The notes under the pieces were generated by a model. It was not told the origin of the DNA and ran no database searches. It was given only the letters and a program-made list of their open reading frames with translations. From the NCBI RefSeq assembly GCF_044324785.1, contig NZ_CP172127.1: 64,000 bases of DNA, one strand, 5' to 3'. The stretch comes from Escherichia coli. Its GTDB lineage: Bacteria > Pseudomonadota > Gammaproteobacteria > Enterobacterales > Enterobacteriaceae. Shown here one piece after another: positions 1 through 8,821 of the stretch (the first letter of the stretch is position 1; every line of letters starts with the position of its first letter). A program made the position numbers and the translations under genes.

Positions 1-1
1 T

Positions 2-538
2 CATCGCATACAGCTATCATGGTATGCGCGGAATACTGCTGGCAGTACGAACGCGTATAACTATTTCGCGCTATCGAGTGATCCAGACGTTTTGTCTGCT
101 CAGGCATACGGCCCCCCCGTGACCCAACCTGGATACGTCGATATGTATGTCCTGTCGCGAACCGGCGACGGCACTCCGCCTCAATCACTACTGAATACAG
201 TTAATGCAGCGCTGTCTCCTGATGACACCCGACCGCTAACCGATTTCGTTACAGTAAAACCTGCGTCGAACCTGAATTACCGGGTTGAGGCCGTTATCGT
301 AGCGGGGCTCGGTCCCGACCAGAACGTGTTGCTCGACGGTGCTCAGAGCGATTTAGCTATATACGTGGCTACACAACATAAAATCGGGGCGACGGCAGCT
401 CTGTCGGGAATTTACGATGCGATACACCGTGACGGCACTGAGCGTGTGATTCTGATATCGCCAACAGAGGATGTGATCGCTGGCGTCGGACAGGCCCCGC
501 ACTGCACAGAAATCAAACTCAGCGTGCAAATGGGGTAG
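2..538 (+). CDS. Baseplate assembly protein J-like, C-terminal part (truncated by window start)
   Basis: Reading frame is open from position 2 with no upstream stop; sits immediately upstream of the gpI-like gene as in P2. Assignment is by position and general resemblance only. Confidence 0.5.
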   Translation, partial: HRIQLSWYARNTAGSTNAYNYFALSSDPDVLSAQAYGPPVTQPGYVDMYVLSRTGDGTPPQSLLNTVNAALSPDDTRPLTDFVTVKPASNLNYRVEAVIVAGLGPDQNVLLDGAQSDLAIYVATQHKIGATAALSGIYDAIHRDGTERVILISPTEDVIAGVGQAPHCTEIKLSVQMG

Positions 539-540
539 CC

Positions 541-1167
541 ATGACAAGTCAAAGCGTACTGCCTCCGAACGCAATAACCCCCGAGAGAGCGCTGGAATCT
601 GTTTTATCTCACGTTGGCGATCTGCCTGGCGATATTCGAATTATTAAAAATCCCGATTTGTGTCCTGCAAATCTGTTGCCGTGGCTGGCGTGGGAATACG
701 CCGTCACCTACTGGAACCCCGACTGGAGCGAGCAGCAAAAACGCGAAATTATTAAAGCAGCTGCGTGGCAGAACAAGCACCGCGGAACGCGTGGAGCTGT
801 TGAACGAGCGTTATTAACAGTTGGATTTGAGAGCAAAATGAGAGAGTGGTTTGAAGCCACGCCGAGGGACGACCCGTATACATTCGCAATTAAAATATAT
901 CTGCTAAAAAGTATAGGGTTAGATTTAGAGCTATTGAATACATTTATAGCGCAAATATTTGATGCAAAAAATTGTCGTTCATTATTAAAGGAAATAAATT
1001 TCGAAACGGGTGTCGATGGTGAGTTTTTTATAGCCGGTACACCTTACGCGAAAATAGACGTAAACGTCCCAGCAGACGGCGACGGCGGTGTAAAAATTAA
1101 CGGCGGGCTATATATATCGGGCTCACCAATTGTTAGTTTAAATGTGGAGATAGGGCCAAATGGCTGA
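541..1167 (+). CDS. Phage tail/baseplate protein I-like
   Basis: 208-aa ORF between the J-like and H-like genes; start is 2 nt after the J stop and it overlaps the H start. Confidence 0.55.
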   Translation: MTSQSVLPPNAITPERALESVLSHVGDLPGDIRIIKNPDLCPANLLPWLAWEYAVTYWNPDWSEQQKREIIKAAAWQNKHRGTRGAVERALLTVGFESKMREWFEATPRDDPYTFAIKIYLLKSIGLDLELLNTFIAQIFDAKNCRSLLKEINFETGVDGEFFIAGTPYAKIDVNVPADGDGGVKINGGLYISGSPIVSLNVEIGPNG

Positions 1168-2284
1168 AAATAAAATTTACGCAGTACTGACAGACCGTGG
1201 CGCACAACTCGAGGCCGCTGCCCTGGCGTCAGGCGTTCCAGTGGTGCTGAACAAATTTGTTATCGGTGACGCGAACGGAAACGACGATGTAACACCAGAC
1301 CCTGCACGAACAGCATTAATTCACGAGACGTATCGCGGTGATATTAAATCGTCAGAAAATAGCGGTAATCAGGTTATTTTTACGCTATACGTACCACCGG
1401 AAACCGGCGGCTATACTATCCGCGAAGTGGGAATACTGACAGATAAAGGTGAACTGTACTCTGTAGCGCGTTCGCCGGATATTTTAAAACCCACGGACAG
1501 TAACGGCGCGCTGATTTCAATCACGTATAAATACACTCTCGCGGTGTCCAGCACCTCTACAGTTAATGTTGTAGTATATGACAACTACGTAACTCCCGAA
1601 GCAGCTGACAAAAAATATTTGCAGATAAGTAAAAACTTATCTGAAATTTCCGCAAATGGTGAAACTGCTCAGCAGGCTGCGCGGAAAAATATTGGTATAG
1701 ATGGGGATGTTGCATATAGAGATAAGAGTAATACATTTACAACTCAAAACACTTTCAAAGACGATGTTTTTTTTGAAGATATTTTGATTTCTAAAAAACA
1801 AATAAATATAAATAAACCAGATACCAACTTGACATTATTTTCGCTTGCGGGCTGGTCAGATGTGAGCGGTGATTATTTAGAAGTGTCGACGCGGGGGGGA
1901 AATAATCAAAACGTTTTTTATAGATTACGCGGAATTCACTATGACGGCCTGGTGTTACTGTGCGGCGGGCAGACGTATAAATATTGGAATGAGGGAAATC
2001 TTAAACCGGTTAAAACGATTAACGGGAAGTCCCCAGACGCTAACGGGAACGTCGCAATAACAGTAAGTAGCTCAGGGATACAGAACGTCCAGCTTGGCGC
2101 AGAGGTTGCTCACACACCGGCGAGTAATGAGGTTACGTGGGACTTTAAATGTCCGACCGGCTGTGTTCTTACTGGGATATATGTTCAGGAAACCGGCGAC
2201 AGCTCAGCTGATAATATCGGCGGTGTTTATTATAAACCGATCCAAAAATACATTAATAATGTATGGACTACGATTTCCGGATGA
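1160..2284 (+). CDS. Tail fiber protein, P2 gpH-like (short, 374 aa)
   Basis: N-terminal region (LIHETYRGD...YVPPETGGYTIREVGILTD) and C-terminal motif (YYKPIQKYINNVWTTISG) resemble the conserved ends of P2 gpH as I remember it; the central region is AT-rich. Confidence 0.7.
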   Translation: MAENKIYAVLTDRGAQLEAAALASGVPVVLNKFVIGDANGNDDVTPDPARTALIHETYRGDIKSSENSGNQVIFTLYVPPETGGYTIREVGILTDKGELYSVARSPDILKPTDSNGALISITYKYTLAVSSTSTVNVVVYDNYVTPEAADKKYLQISKNLSEISANGETAQQAARKNIGIDGDVAYRDKSNTFTTQNTFKDDVFFEDILISKKQININKPDTNLTLFSLAGWSDVSGDYLEVSTRGGNNQNVFYRLRGIHYDGLVLLCGGQTYKYWNEGNLKPVKTINGKSPDANGNVAITVSSSGIQNVQLGAEVAHTPASNEVTWDFKCPTGCVLTGIYVQETGDSSADNIGGVYYKPIQKYINNVWTTISG

Positions 2285-2287
2285 GTT

Positions 2288-2866
2288 ATGCAAAATTTAA
2301 AATCATTTAAGCTTGTAAAACCTAAAACGAAATTACTTAAACTTAGCGAGTCTGACGGACAAAATGTTTTGTATCTTCAGTCCGAAGACGGCCTGGATTG
2401 GTATGAATGCCAGTCACTGTATCGCGATGACACAGTAAAAATAATGTACGACAAAGAAAACATTATTCGATCAGTTGTTGATCGCCCGGTCCCGGAGCGA
2501 GGAAATACCTATTCTGTGAGCATGTTTTTCCCGATTGATATGAGTGTTACGGAGGTTGAGTTGAGCACATATCCTTCTGAGCTAACTCTCGACGGATCGT
2601 GGAAATTTGTTGACGGTGATGTATATCAAGATGAGCTCATTGTAAATGAGCGTATTTACAAAGAAAACTCCAAAAAAATTAATGAATTAGTCCGAGAGGC
2701 TCAGTCAGCAATTCTAAATTTACAAACGGCCATAGAGATTGATATTTCATCAGATGGTGATGAGGAAAAATTAATAGAATGGCGACGGTACCTGTGCGCG
2801 CTGAATAAAATAACAGCCACGGATCTGAGTCAGTCCCCACTTAACACGCCTTTACGACCAGCATAA
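2288..2866 (+). CDS. Tail fiber assembly chaperone (Tfa/gpG-like)
   Basis: 192-aa ORF immediately downstream of the fiber gene; AT-rich; position is typical of a Tfa. Confidence 0.55.
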   Translation: MQNLKSFKLVKPKTKLLKLSESDGQNVLYLQSEDGLDWYECQSLYRDDTVKIMYDKENIIRSVVDRPVPERGNTYSVSMFFPIDMSVTEVELSTYPSELTLDGSWKFVDGDVYQDELIVNERIYKENSKKINELVREAQSAILNLQTAIEIDISSDGDEEKLIEWRRYLCALNKITATDLSQSPLNTPLRPA

Positions 2867-2878
2867 ATAGGGTACCTA

Positions 2879-4384
2879 ATGAGCACTAATTTTTTACACG
2901 GTATTCGCACGCTCGAATACGACGACGGCACAAAAGAGATTAGCACGGTAGATATTTCAGTTATCGGGATTGTTGGTACTGCACCGGATTCCGCGCAATC
3001 AACCAGTTCCGAGTTAATAACAGGGAGTGCTATTTTAAAAAACCGCCTGAAATTCACGGCGACGGGACAGGGGGTGAACGGCAATTCATGGAGCGTAGAG
3101 ATTCTCGAAACCGATCCGGACGGCTGCACGGCACTGTGGAGTGATATGCCCGACGGGAGTCGACGTTTATCAATATCAGTCGCACCGGCATCCGGCTCGC
3201 ACGGATACACCCCAGCAGAAATCGTGCAGGCAGTCACAATAGCAAACCCGCCTCCGGACCAATTATTTTTAACAATTACGGCAGTAGATGTCGAGGAGGA
3301 CGCGGGAAATGTGACTGCCTCACCGTTGCAATATTTAAGCGGCGGCAGTGATGAGGCGTTCCCAATTAATACCCCCGTACTTGTTGCCGGGAGTCCAAAA
3401 AAATCCGCTTTACTGGGTGAGCGCGGCACGTTGCCGAAAGATATTGCCGATATTTTCAATCAGGACAACGCCTTGCTTGTTGTTGTACGAGTAAAAGATG
3501 ACAAAGACACAACAAAACAACAGCAAAATATTATCGACGGTGTCAAGCAGCTGGAAAAATCGAAACAGTTAACCGAAGTCACACCGCGTATTATTATTGC
3601 ACCAGATTTTAGCGCAATTGATGCGATAGCCGCTCAGCTTGAGGTGGCCGCAAATAAACTCCGGGGGGTGTGTTATATAGACTCTCCGCGCGCTGCTACC
3701 CCTGCAGACGTTGTGAATCGCCGGCAAAAACTCGGCGGACGTGCTGAGTTGTTGCGTCCCCGTGTTTATTCAACTAGCGACGTCGGGGGGCAATCAAGAC
3801 CGTATTCTGCCATCGCTGCTGGTTTACGAGCCAGAATTGATAATGAAAAAGGGTTTTGGTGGAGTAAGTCGAATCAAAATATTTATGGAATAACAGGGCT
3901 TGAGCAGGTTGATGATTTCATTATTGGCGAGACAAACTGCACAGCGAACCTGCTGAACGCTAGTCAGGTCAGCACCATCATTCGCTATGACGGATTCCGA
4001 CATTGGGGTAACTATCTGTGCAGCCTGGATCCGCAATGGTCGTTTGAATGCGTTCGTCGAACAGCTGACGTAATTGAGGATTCTATAGCCCGGGCAATGA
4101 TGACCGATTTTATTGATCGCCCGATAGACCTGCATCTCGGAACAGACGTTGTCGAGTCGATAAACGCGTATCTGCATAAATTAGAGGAGCAGGGTGCGAT
4201 TAACGGAGGGCGTGCGTGGTTAGACGGTGAGCTGAATACAAAAGAAAGTCTGGCCGCTGGCAATCTTTATATTAATGTTGATTTTGGTCCGAAATCTCCG
4301 GCACAAACAATTACGTTAATGTACCGCATTAATAATGACTATACAGTTGAAGCACTAGCCTCACTTTTTAAAGAAACAGCCTGA
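2879..4384 (+). CDS. Contractile tail sheath protein (gpFI-like)
   Basis: 501 aa; the N-terminal region (HGIRTLEYDDGTKEISTV...IGIVGTA) and later ...RYDGFRHWGN... resemble the P2 FI sheath family. Confidence 0.85.
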   Translation: MSTNFLHGIRTLEYDDGTKEISTVDISVIGIVGTAPDSAQSTSSELITGSAILKNRLKFTATGQGVNGNSWSVEILETDPDGCTALWSDMPDGSRRLSISVAPASGSHGYTPAEIVQAVTIANPPPDQLFLTITAVDVEEDAGNVTASPLQYLSGGSDEAFPINTPVLVAGSPKKSALLGERGTLPKDIADIFNQDNALLVVVRVKDDKDTTKQQQNIIDGVKQLEKSKQLTEVTPRIIIAPDFSAIDAIAAQLEVAANKLRGVCYIDSPRAATPADVVNRRQKLGGRAELLRPRVYSTSDVGGQSRPYSAIAAGLRARIDNEKGFWWSKSNQNIYGITGLEQVDDFIIGETNCTANLLNASQVSTIIRYDGFRHWGNYLCSLDPQWSFECVRRTADVIEDSIARAMMTDFIDRPIDLHLGTDVVESINAYLHKLEEQGAINGGRAWLDGELNTKESLAAGNLYINVDFGPKSPAQTITLMYRINNDYTVEALASLFKETA

Positions 4385-4401
4385 TAATTCGGAGAGTAAA
4401 T

Positions 4402-4914
4402 ATGTCAGACAGCAACGCTTACCGCGCGTTTGCGCTATTCGTGCAGGGCGAACGGGTTTTAAATTGTACTGAATATACTCCTGTCGATATGAAAATAATC
4501 GAGGACGAGTTTAAAACAGGCGCGATGGATACAGCTATCACATTAGATGGCGGTATGGAGAAAATGTCAGCCAGTTTTAAAGTTTCGGGTTCTGATTCTG
4601 GTGTTATGAGCTATTTCGGGTTAATACCGGGAGTCAAGACGCGGTTTGAAATTCGTAGTGCGTACACAGACTCCTATGGAATAAATTTTGAGCGTATTGA
4701 TACCTACGAGGGACTTATTACGGCAATCACTGATGACGCTCAGGGGACTGATTCAAAATCGTCAGTGGGGCAATCAGTAACGATTGCGCCGAGCTATTAT
4801 AAACGAGTTCAAAATGGACGAATTATTTACGAAATTCATCCTGCAAAAATGAAACGCGTTATCAACGGTGTTGATGTTCTTGCGGGCGTCGCTCGAATCC
4901 TTCATGTATATTAA
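4402..4914 (+). CDS. Tail tube protein (gpFII-like)
   Basis: 170 aa immediately after the sheath gene; size and position match FII. Confidence 0.8.
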   Translation: MSDSNAYRAFALFVQGERVLNCTEYTPVDMKIIEDEFKTGAMDTAITLDGGMEKMSASFKVSGSDSGVMSYFGLIPGVKTRFEIRSAYTDSYGINFERIDTYEGLITAITDDAQGTDSKSSVGQSVTIAPSYYKRVQNGRIIYEIHPAKMKRVINGVDVLAGVARILHVY

Positions 4915-4926
4915 AAGGTAAGTAAA

Positions 4927-5208
4927 ATGGAATCCTTATTAGACAGTATGACTATTACGCTCTCTCGACCGTTTATTATTAAGGGCGAGAGCTGCGATAC
5001 AATTACTATTCGCGAACCCAAATTACGCGACCGCATTATGTTCAGTAACGATAAAAGCAGTCTTGAAGAGCGGACAGCGACAATGCTGGCGCGCCTGGCA
5101 AATCTGGAAAGAGAGGATTTATATGCGCTCCCCGCGTGCGATTACGATCAACTGGAGGCCGCGTTTAACGAACTGGTAAAGCACCCGAAAGACCGACATC
5201 AGATATAG
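4927..5208 (+). CDS. Tail assembly chaperone (gpE-like); possible -1 frameshift extension E' to 5288
   Basis: 93-aa ORF between tube and tape measure. The -1 frame is open from 5169 to a TAA at 5286-5288. Confidence 0.55.
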   Translation: MESLLDSMTITLSRPFIIKGESCDTITIREPKLRDRIMFSNDKSSLEERTATMLARLANLEREDLYALPACDYDQLEAAFNELVKHPKDRHQI

Positions 5209-5316
5209 TTATTCTGATTCCGTTTATTGCGAAAAAACTTGCCATCCCGCCTGATACGCAAATGGACCTGCCGTATCGGGTTTTTAATTTCTATGTAGAC
5301 GAGGTCATGAAAACCG

Positions 5317-6957
5317 ATGGCTATTTCTCAAAACTTTAAAACGCAGGTTGTATTCGGGGGGCGAATAGACCCGTCGTTTCGGCGCGGTACAACAGAACTC
5401 AACGACGCCATTCGGCAGACGTCGTCTACTGTCGGAAAATTAACGAAAAGCCAGGATAAATTAAAAGACAAAATCGCAGCAATGAAACTGGCAGGTAAAG
5501 ATGTCTCTGATTTATCTGCTCAATATCAAAAGCTGGACCGTCGGATAAAGGCGACAACGCAGGACCAGGAGGCGCTGAATACCCAGCTTGCTAAAAAACA
5601 GCGGCTGGAGAAGTGGACGGGGCGCGCAAAAGGTGCTGCAAAATGGGGCGGACGAGCCGCCGCAGGTGCGGTGAGGGCCACGGGACGGGGTATCAAATGG
5701 GGGACGCTGGGGGCCGTGGGTCTGCTCGGCGGCGCGGCTGCTGGCGCGCTGGCAATGAATGCAGAGACGTCAGAAAAACTCGGTCTGGCGAAGTCCTACG
5801 GTGTTGGCATCGAAAAATACGCTGCGTGGGAAAATATTGGTAAAGCTGCGGGCCTGAACGGCGAAAATGTTGGTGACCTGTCAGAAGAACTTACAAATAA
5901 AATCGGCGAAATCGGAAACGAAAAAAACCTGAACCCCATGTTGTTTCAAATTGGCTTGACAAAAAAACGGATGGCTAAATGGGATCGAGAAAAACAGTTC
6001 AATGAAGTTATGCGGCGTATCTCTGAAATGAAGGATGATCAACAGGCGGCGAGTCTGGCTGATCAGCTAATGGGGGGAGAGGCTAATAAAATAATGACCT
6101 ATATGCGGGCGACTGGTAAAAGCTGGGAGCAGACTATGTCGGACGCTCAAAAATCAAACCTGCTAACGAAAGAAGGGGCTGAGGGTGCAGCGCGCGCGCA
6201 CGTATCCGTCACGAATCTGTGGGGGGCAATCACATCGGGGCTGGCAGATACTCTCGGCAAAATCGGAGGGGAACTCGCGCCGACGTTTGACGCTATGCGA
6301 GACGGGCTGGCATCCTGGTTTAAAGAGAATCAAGGGGGGGTTGTTGATAGTATTAAAGAATGGGTTAAGCCAGAAAATATGAAAAAACTTTGGGAGGGGA
6401 TAGTCAGTTTTGGCGAGGCGTGCGTTAAATTCGGAAAAATAATTTGGGCAGTCGTAAAAAAACTGGAGTGGTTAATCCCGGACGAGAAAACAGACGAGGA
6501 ACAGCGCGTATATAACGAAGAATATAATAAAGCGTATCAGGAATTCATGGATAGTGGTGGTAAATATTCACCGAACCCAGGACTGGCAGCAGATAATGTA
6601 GCAAAAGCAAAAGCCGACGAAGCCGTGGATAATATGCGACACCCTGAACGTCTTGCTCGTGCAAAATCACAGGCTGAATCAATGCTCTCGTTTGCTAACC
6701 CGTTTACTGGATTAATAAATAAAGACTCAACGCCTGAATCACAAAACTCAGCAACGTTGAATATTGACGCGCTGAGACAGGCAGTCGCAACTCCAGCGCC
6801 AGAGCAAAACAATAAAATTGAAATCAATATTATCGGAGCAGCAGATCCACAATCAACACAGCAGGCTGCCGCATCGGGTGTGCTCGACGGGCTGAGACAG
6901 GTTGCGAGTTCGTACAATCGTGGTGCAATGTTTGATAAACCAGCGGCGGCGGGGTGA
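5317..6957 (+). CDS. Tail tape measure protein (gpT-like)
   Basis: 546 aa, with an N-terminal coiled-coil-like region and a Gly/Ala-rich stretch (GRAAAGAVRATGRG...GLLGGAAAGALA); position after E. Confidence 0.8.
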   Translation: MAISQNFKTQVVFGGRIDPSFRRGTTELNDAIRQTSSTVGKLTKSQDKLKDKIAAMKLAGKDVSDLSAQYQKLDRRIKATTQDQEALNTQLAKKQRLEKWTGRAKGAAKWGGRAAAGAVRATGRGIKWGTLGAVGLLGGAAAGALAMNAETSEKLGLAKSYGVGIEKYAAWENIGKAAGLNGENVGDLSEELTNKIGEIGNEKNLNPMLFQIGLTKKRMAKWDREKQFNEVMRRISEMKDDQQAASLADQLMGGEANKIMTYMRATGKSWEQTMSDAQKSNLLTKEGAEGAARAHVSVTNLWGAITSGLADTLGKIGGELAPTFDAMRDGLASWFKENQGGVVDSIKEWVKPENMKKLWEGIVSFGEACVKFGKIIWAVVKKLEWLIPDEKTDEEQRVYNEEYNKAYQEFMDSGGKYSPNPGLAADNVAKAKADEAVDNMRHPERLARAKSQAESMLSFANPFTGLINKDSTPESQNSATLNIDALRQAVATPAPEQNNKIEINIIGAADPQSTQQAAASGVLDGLRQVASSYNRGAMFDKPAAAG

Positions 6958-7382
6958 CAATGAGTGATGCAATAAACGGTGCTGAGGATATCATGCTCGG
7001 TTTGGGTGATTTCATTTTTGCTATATCAACAGTAGCGTACAACAAACTGCAACGTAGTGACGCCTGGCGCTGGGCTCAGCAAACACGATTCGGGAAAAAC
7101 GACGCATTGCAGATAACCGGACGACCGAACCCCACAATCACGATCGATGGGAAAATAAACGCGTTATTCCTTGATGGGTGCGGCATTGGCTTGTTAACAG
7201 ATTTGCGGGCACTGGGGAACTCGGGAGAACCCCAGCAACTGGTGCTGGGGACCGGGGAGGTGAAGGGGTACTGGGTTATCAGGGAGTTAACAGAAACGCA
7301 AAACAGTTTTCTGAAAGGAGGGACCCCAAAATCGCAGGACTTTTCACTCACGCTCGAATATTATGGAGCTTCGCTAGATTAA
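6954..7382 (+). CDS. Tail protein gpU-like
   Basis: 142 aa, overlaps the tape-measure stop (ATGA); position. Confidence 0.6.
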   Translation: MTMSDAINGAEDIMLGLGDFIFAISTVAYNKLQRSDAWRWAQQTRFGKNDALQITGRPNPTITIDGKINALFLDGCGIGLLTDLRALGNSGEPQQLVLGTGEVKGYWVIRELTETQNSFLKGGTPKSQDFSLTLEYYGASLD

Positions 7383-7544
7383 TACAAAATCAAGCGCTAC
7401 CAGAGCACTTAACAAGTATAAAAATAATAAAAAAAACTACGAGCATAAATGTAAAACAACCTGATGGTATTTTTTTTTGACGCCGAAATACTAATACCTC
7501 TCCGACTACTAAAATTAATTCTCATTATGAAATCCTTTTAATTA

Positions 7545-7769
7545 ATGGGGCCCCAAATGATTACATACACTACACGGGACGGTGACCGTCTCGATCAGAT
7601 CTGCCTTGCTGTCTACGGGAGAACAGCAAAAACGACAGAAACCGTGTTATATCAGGTTTTAAATTACGGCGTAACGGATATGTGTGCCGTGTTTCGTGCA
7701 GGAGAAAAAATTGTTTTACCAGAAATCGACCCCGAACCGGCTAAAAAAGAAACGCAATTATGGGATTGA
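7545..7769 (+). CDS. Tail protein X-like (LysM-like); a start at 7557 (MITYT...) is also possible
   Basis: Sequence ...DRLDQICLAVYGRT...ETVLYQVLNYGV...AGEKIVLPEI... resembles P2 gpX as I remember it. Confidence 0.65.
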   Translation: MGPQMITYTTRDGDRLDQICLAVYGRTAKTTETVLYQVLNYGVTDMCAVFRAGEKIVLPEIDPEPAKKETQLWD

Positions 7770-7772
7770 TGA

Positions 7773-8816
7773 ATGAGTGATTACGTAAATACTGGCGTGG
7801 AAGCATGGAAGCCCAATTTTTATATATCTGCTGATAATGAAAACATCACGGATAAAATAAGAAAAGGTTTGATCAATATCACGCTCACAGATTATGGTGG
7901 TTCGAGTAAACAGACAGACGAATTACGCGTAGCAATCGTTTCTGAAACTCTGAAAATTCCGGCCCGCGGAGTAAAAATCAGTATTGGGCTCGGTTTCGGT
8001 AATCAGATAATTGATAAGGGTGTATACATCGTTGATGGTGCGAGCAGTGGCGGTGAACCCCGGGTAGTTGATTTCACAGCAAAAGCAGCTCCGATGAACG
8101 CATCAAAAGGCTCTCCGACAGTTCAGAGCAAAAAAACTCGCTCCTGGAGCGACGTCACTGTCAGCAATATCGTTGCAACAATAGCGAGCGATAACGGGCT
8201 AAAACCTCGCGTATCAAAGCGGTTTGCAGACAACATTATCACGCAGCTCGATCAAGTCGGCGAGTCAGATATGCACCTGATGTCGCGGCTCGCAACGAGA
8301 TTCGATGCGGTGAGTAAACCCGCGGGCGGGTACTGGATATTCCTGCCGCGCGGCGCGGGCGAATCTGTTAGCGGAGCACCGCTTCAGCACTACACGCTCA
8401 CGCGTCGTGATAACTCAAGCTGGGGTTATTCGAGAAATGGACAAAACGGTGATAGTGGCGGAGGTGGCGAAAATGCGGAGCCAACGTATTTGATCAAATA
8501 TCACGATACAGCAACGGGGCAGATCAAAGAATTGCGTACGGGCAGTGGCGGCGATCCTGTAATCGAGTGGCCGGCAGTGGAGCCGTCGCTTGATGCAGCG
8601 AAAGAAGCTGCGCCAGGACTCAAGGGCGGTGCAGCTAAAAAAGAGTTCTCCATGACTTACACGACGCCCGCGACGCTCGATTTAGTATCGCTGACTGCAG
8701 AATGCAAAGTCACAACACAAGGATTCGGGACAGAGGAGGACCGAGACTGGACAATCAATACGTTGACGCTGACGCTGGCTGAAAACGGATTCTCTGCGCG
8801 ACTGTCGCTGGAGTAA
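7773..8816 (+). CDS. Tail protein D-like
   Basis: 347 aa immediately after the X-like gene, as in R-type pyocin/phiCTX-like clusters. Confidence 0.65.
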   Translation: MSDYVNTGVEAWKPNFYISADNENITDKIRKGLINITLTDYGGSSKQTDELRVAIVSETLKIPARGVKISIGLGFGNQIIDKGVYIVDGASSGGEPRVVDFTAKAAPMNASKGSPTVQSKKTRSWSDVTVSNIVATIASDNGLKPRVSKRFADNIITQLDQVGESDMHLMSRLATRFDAVSKPAGGYWIFLPRGAGESVSGAPLQHYTLTRRDNSSWGYSRNGQNGDSGGGGENAEPTYLIKYHDTATGQIKELRTGSGGDPVIEWPAVEPSLDAAKEAAPGLKGGAAKKEFSMTYTTPATLDLVSLTAECKVTTQGFGTEEDRDWTINTLTLTLAENGFSARLSLE

Positions 8817-8821
8817 ATGAA

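Noticed and set aside
2830-3459. 209-aa minus-strand ORF antisense to the tail sheath gene
   Set aside because: Embedded in the sheath gene on the opposite strand, Ser/Thr/Pro-rich; no evidence for an invertible segment or alternative fiber.
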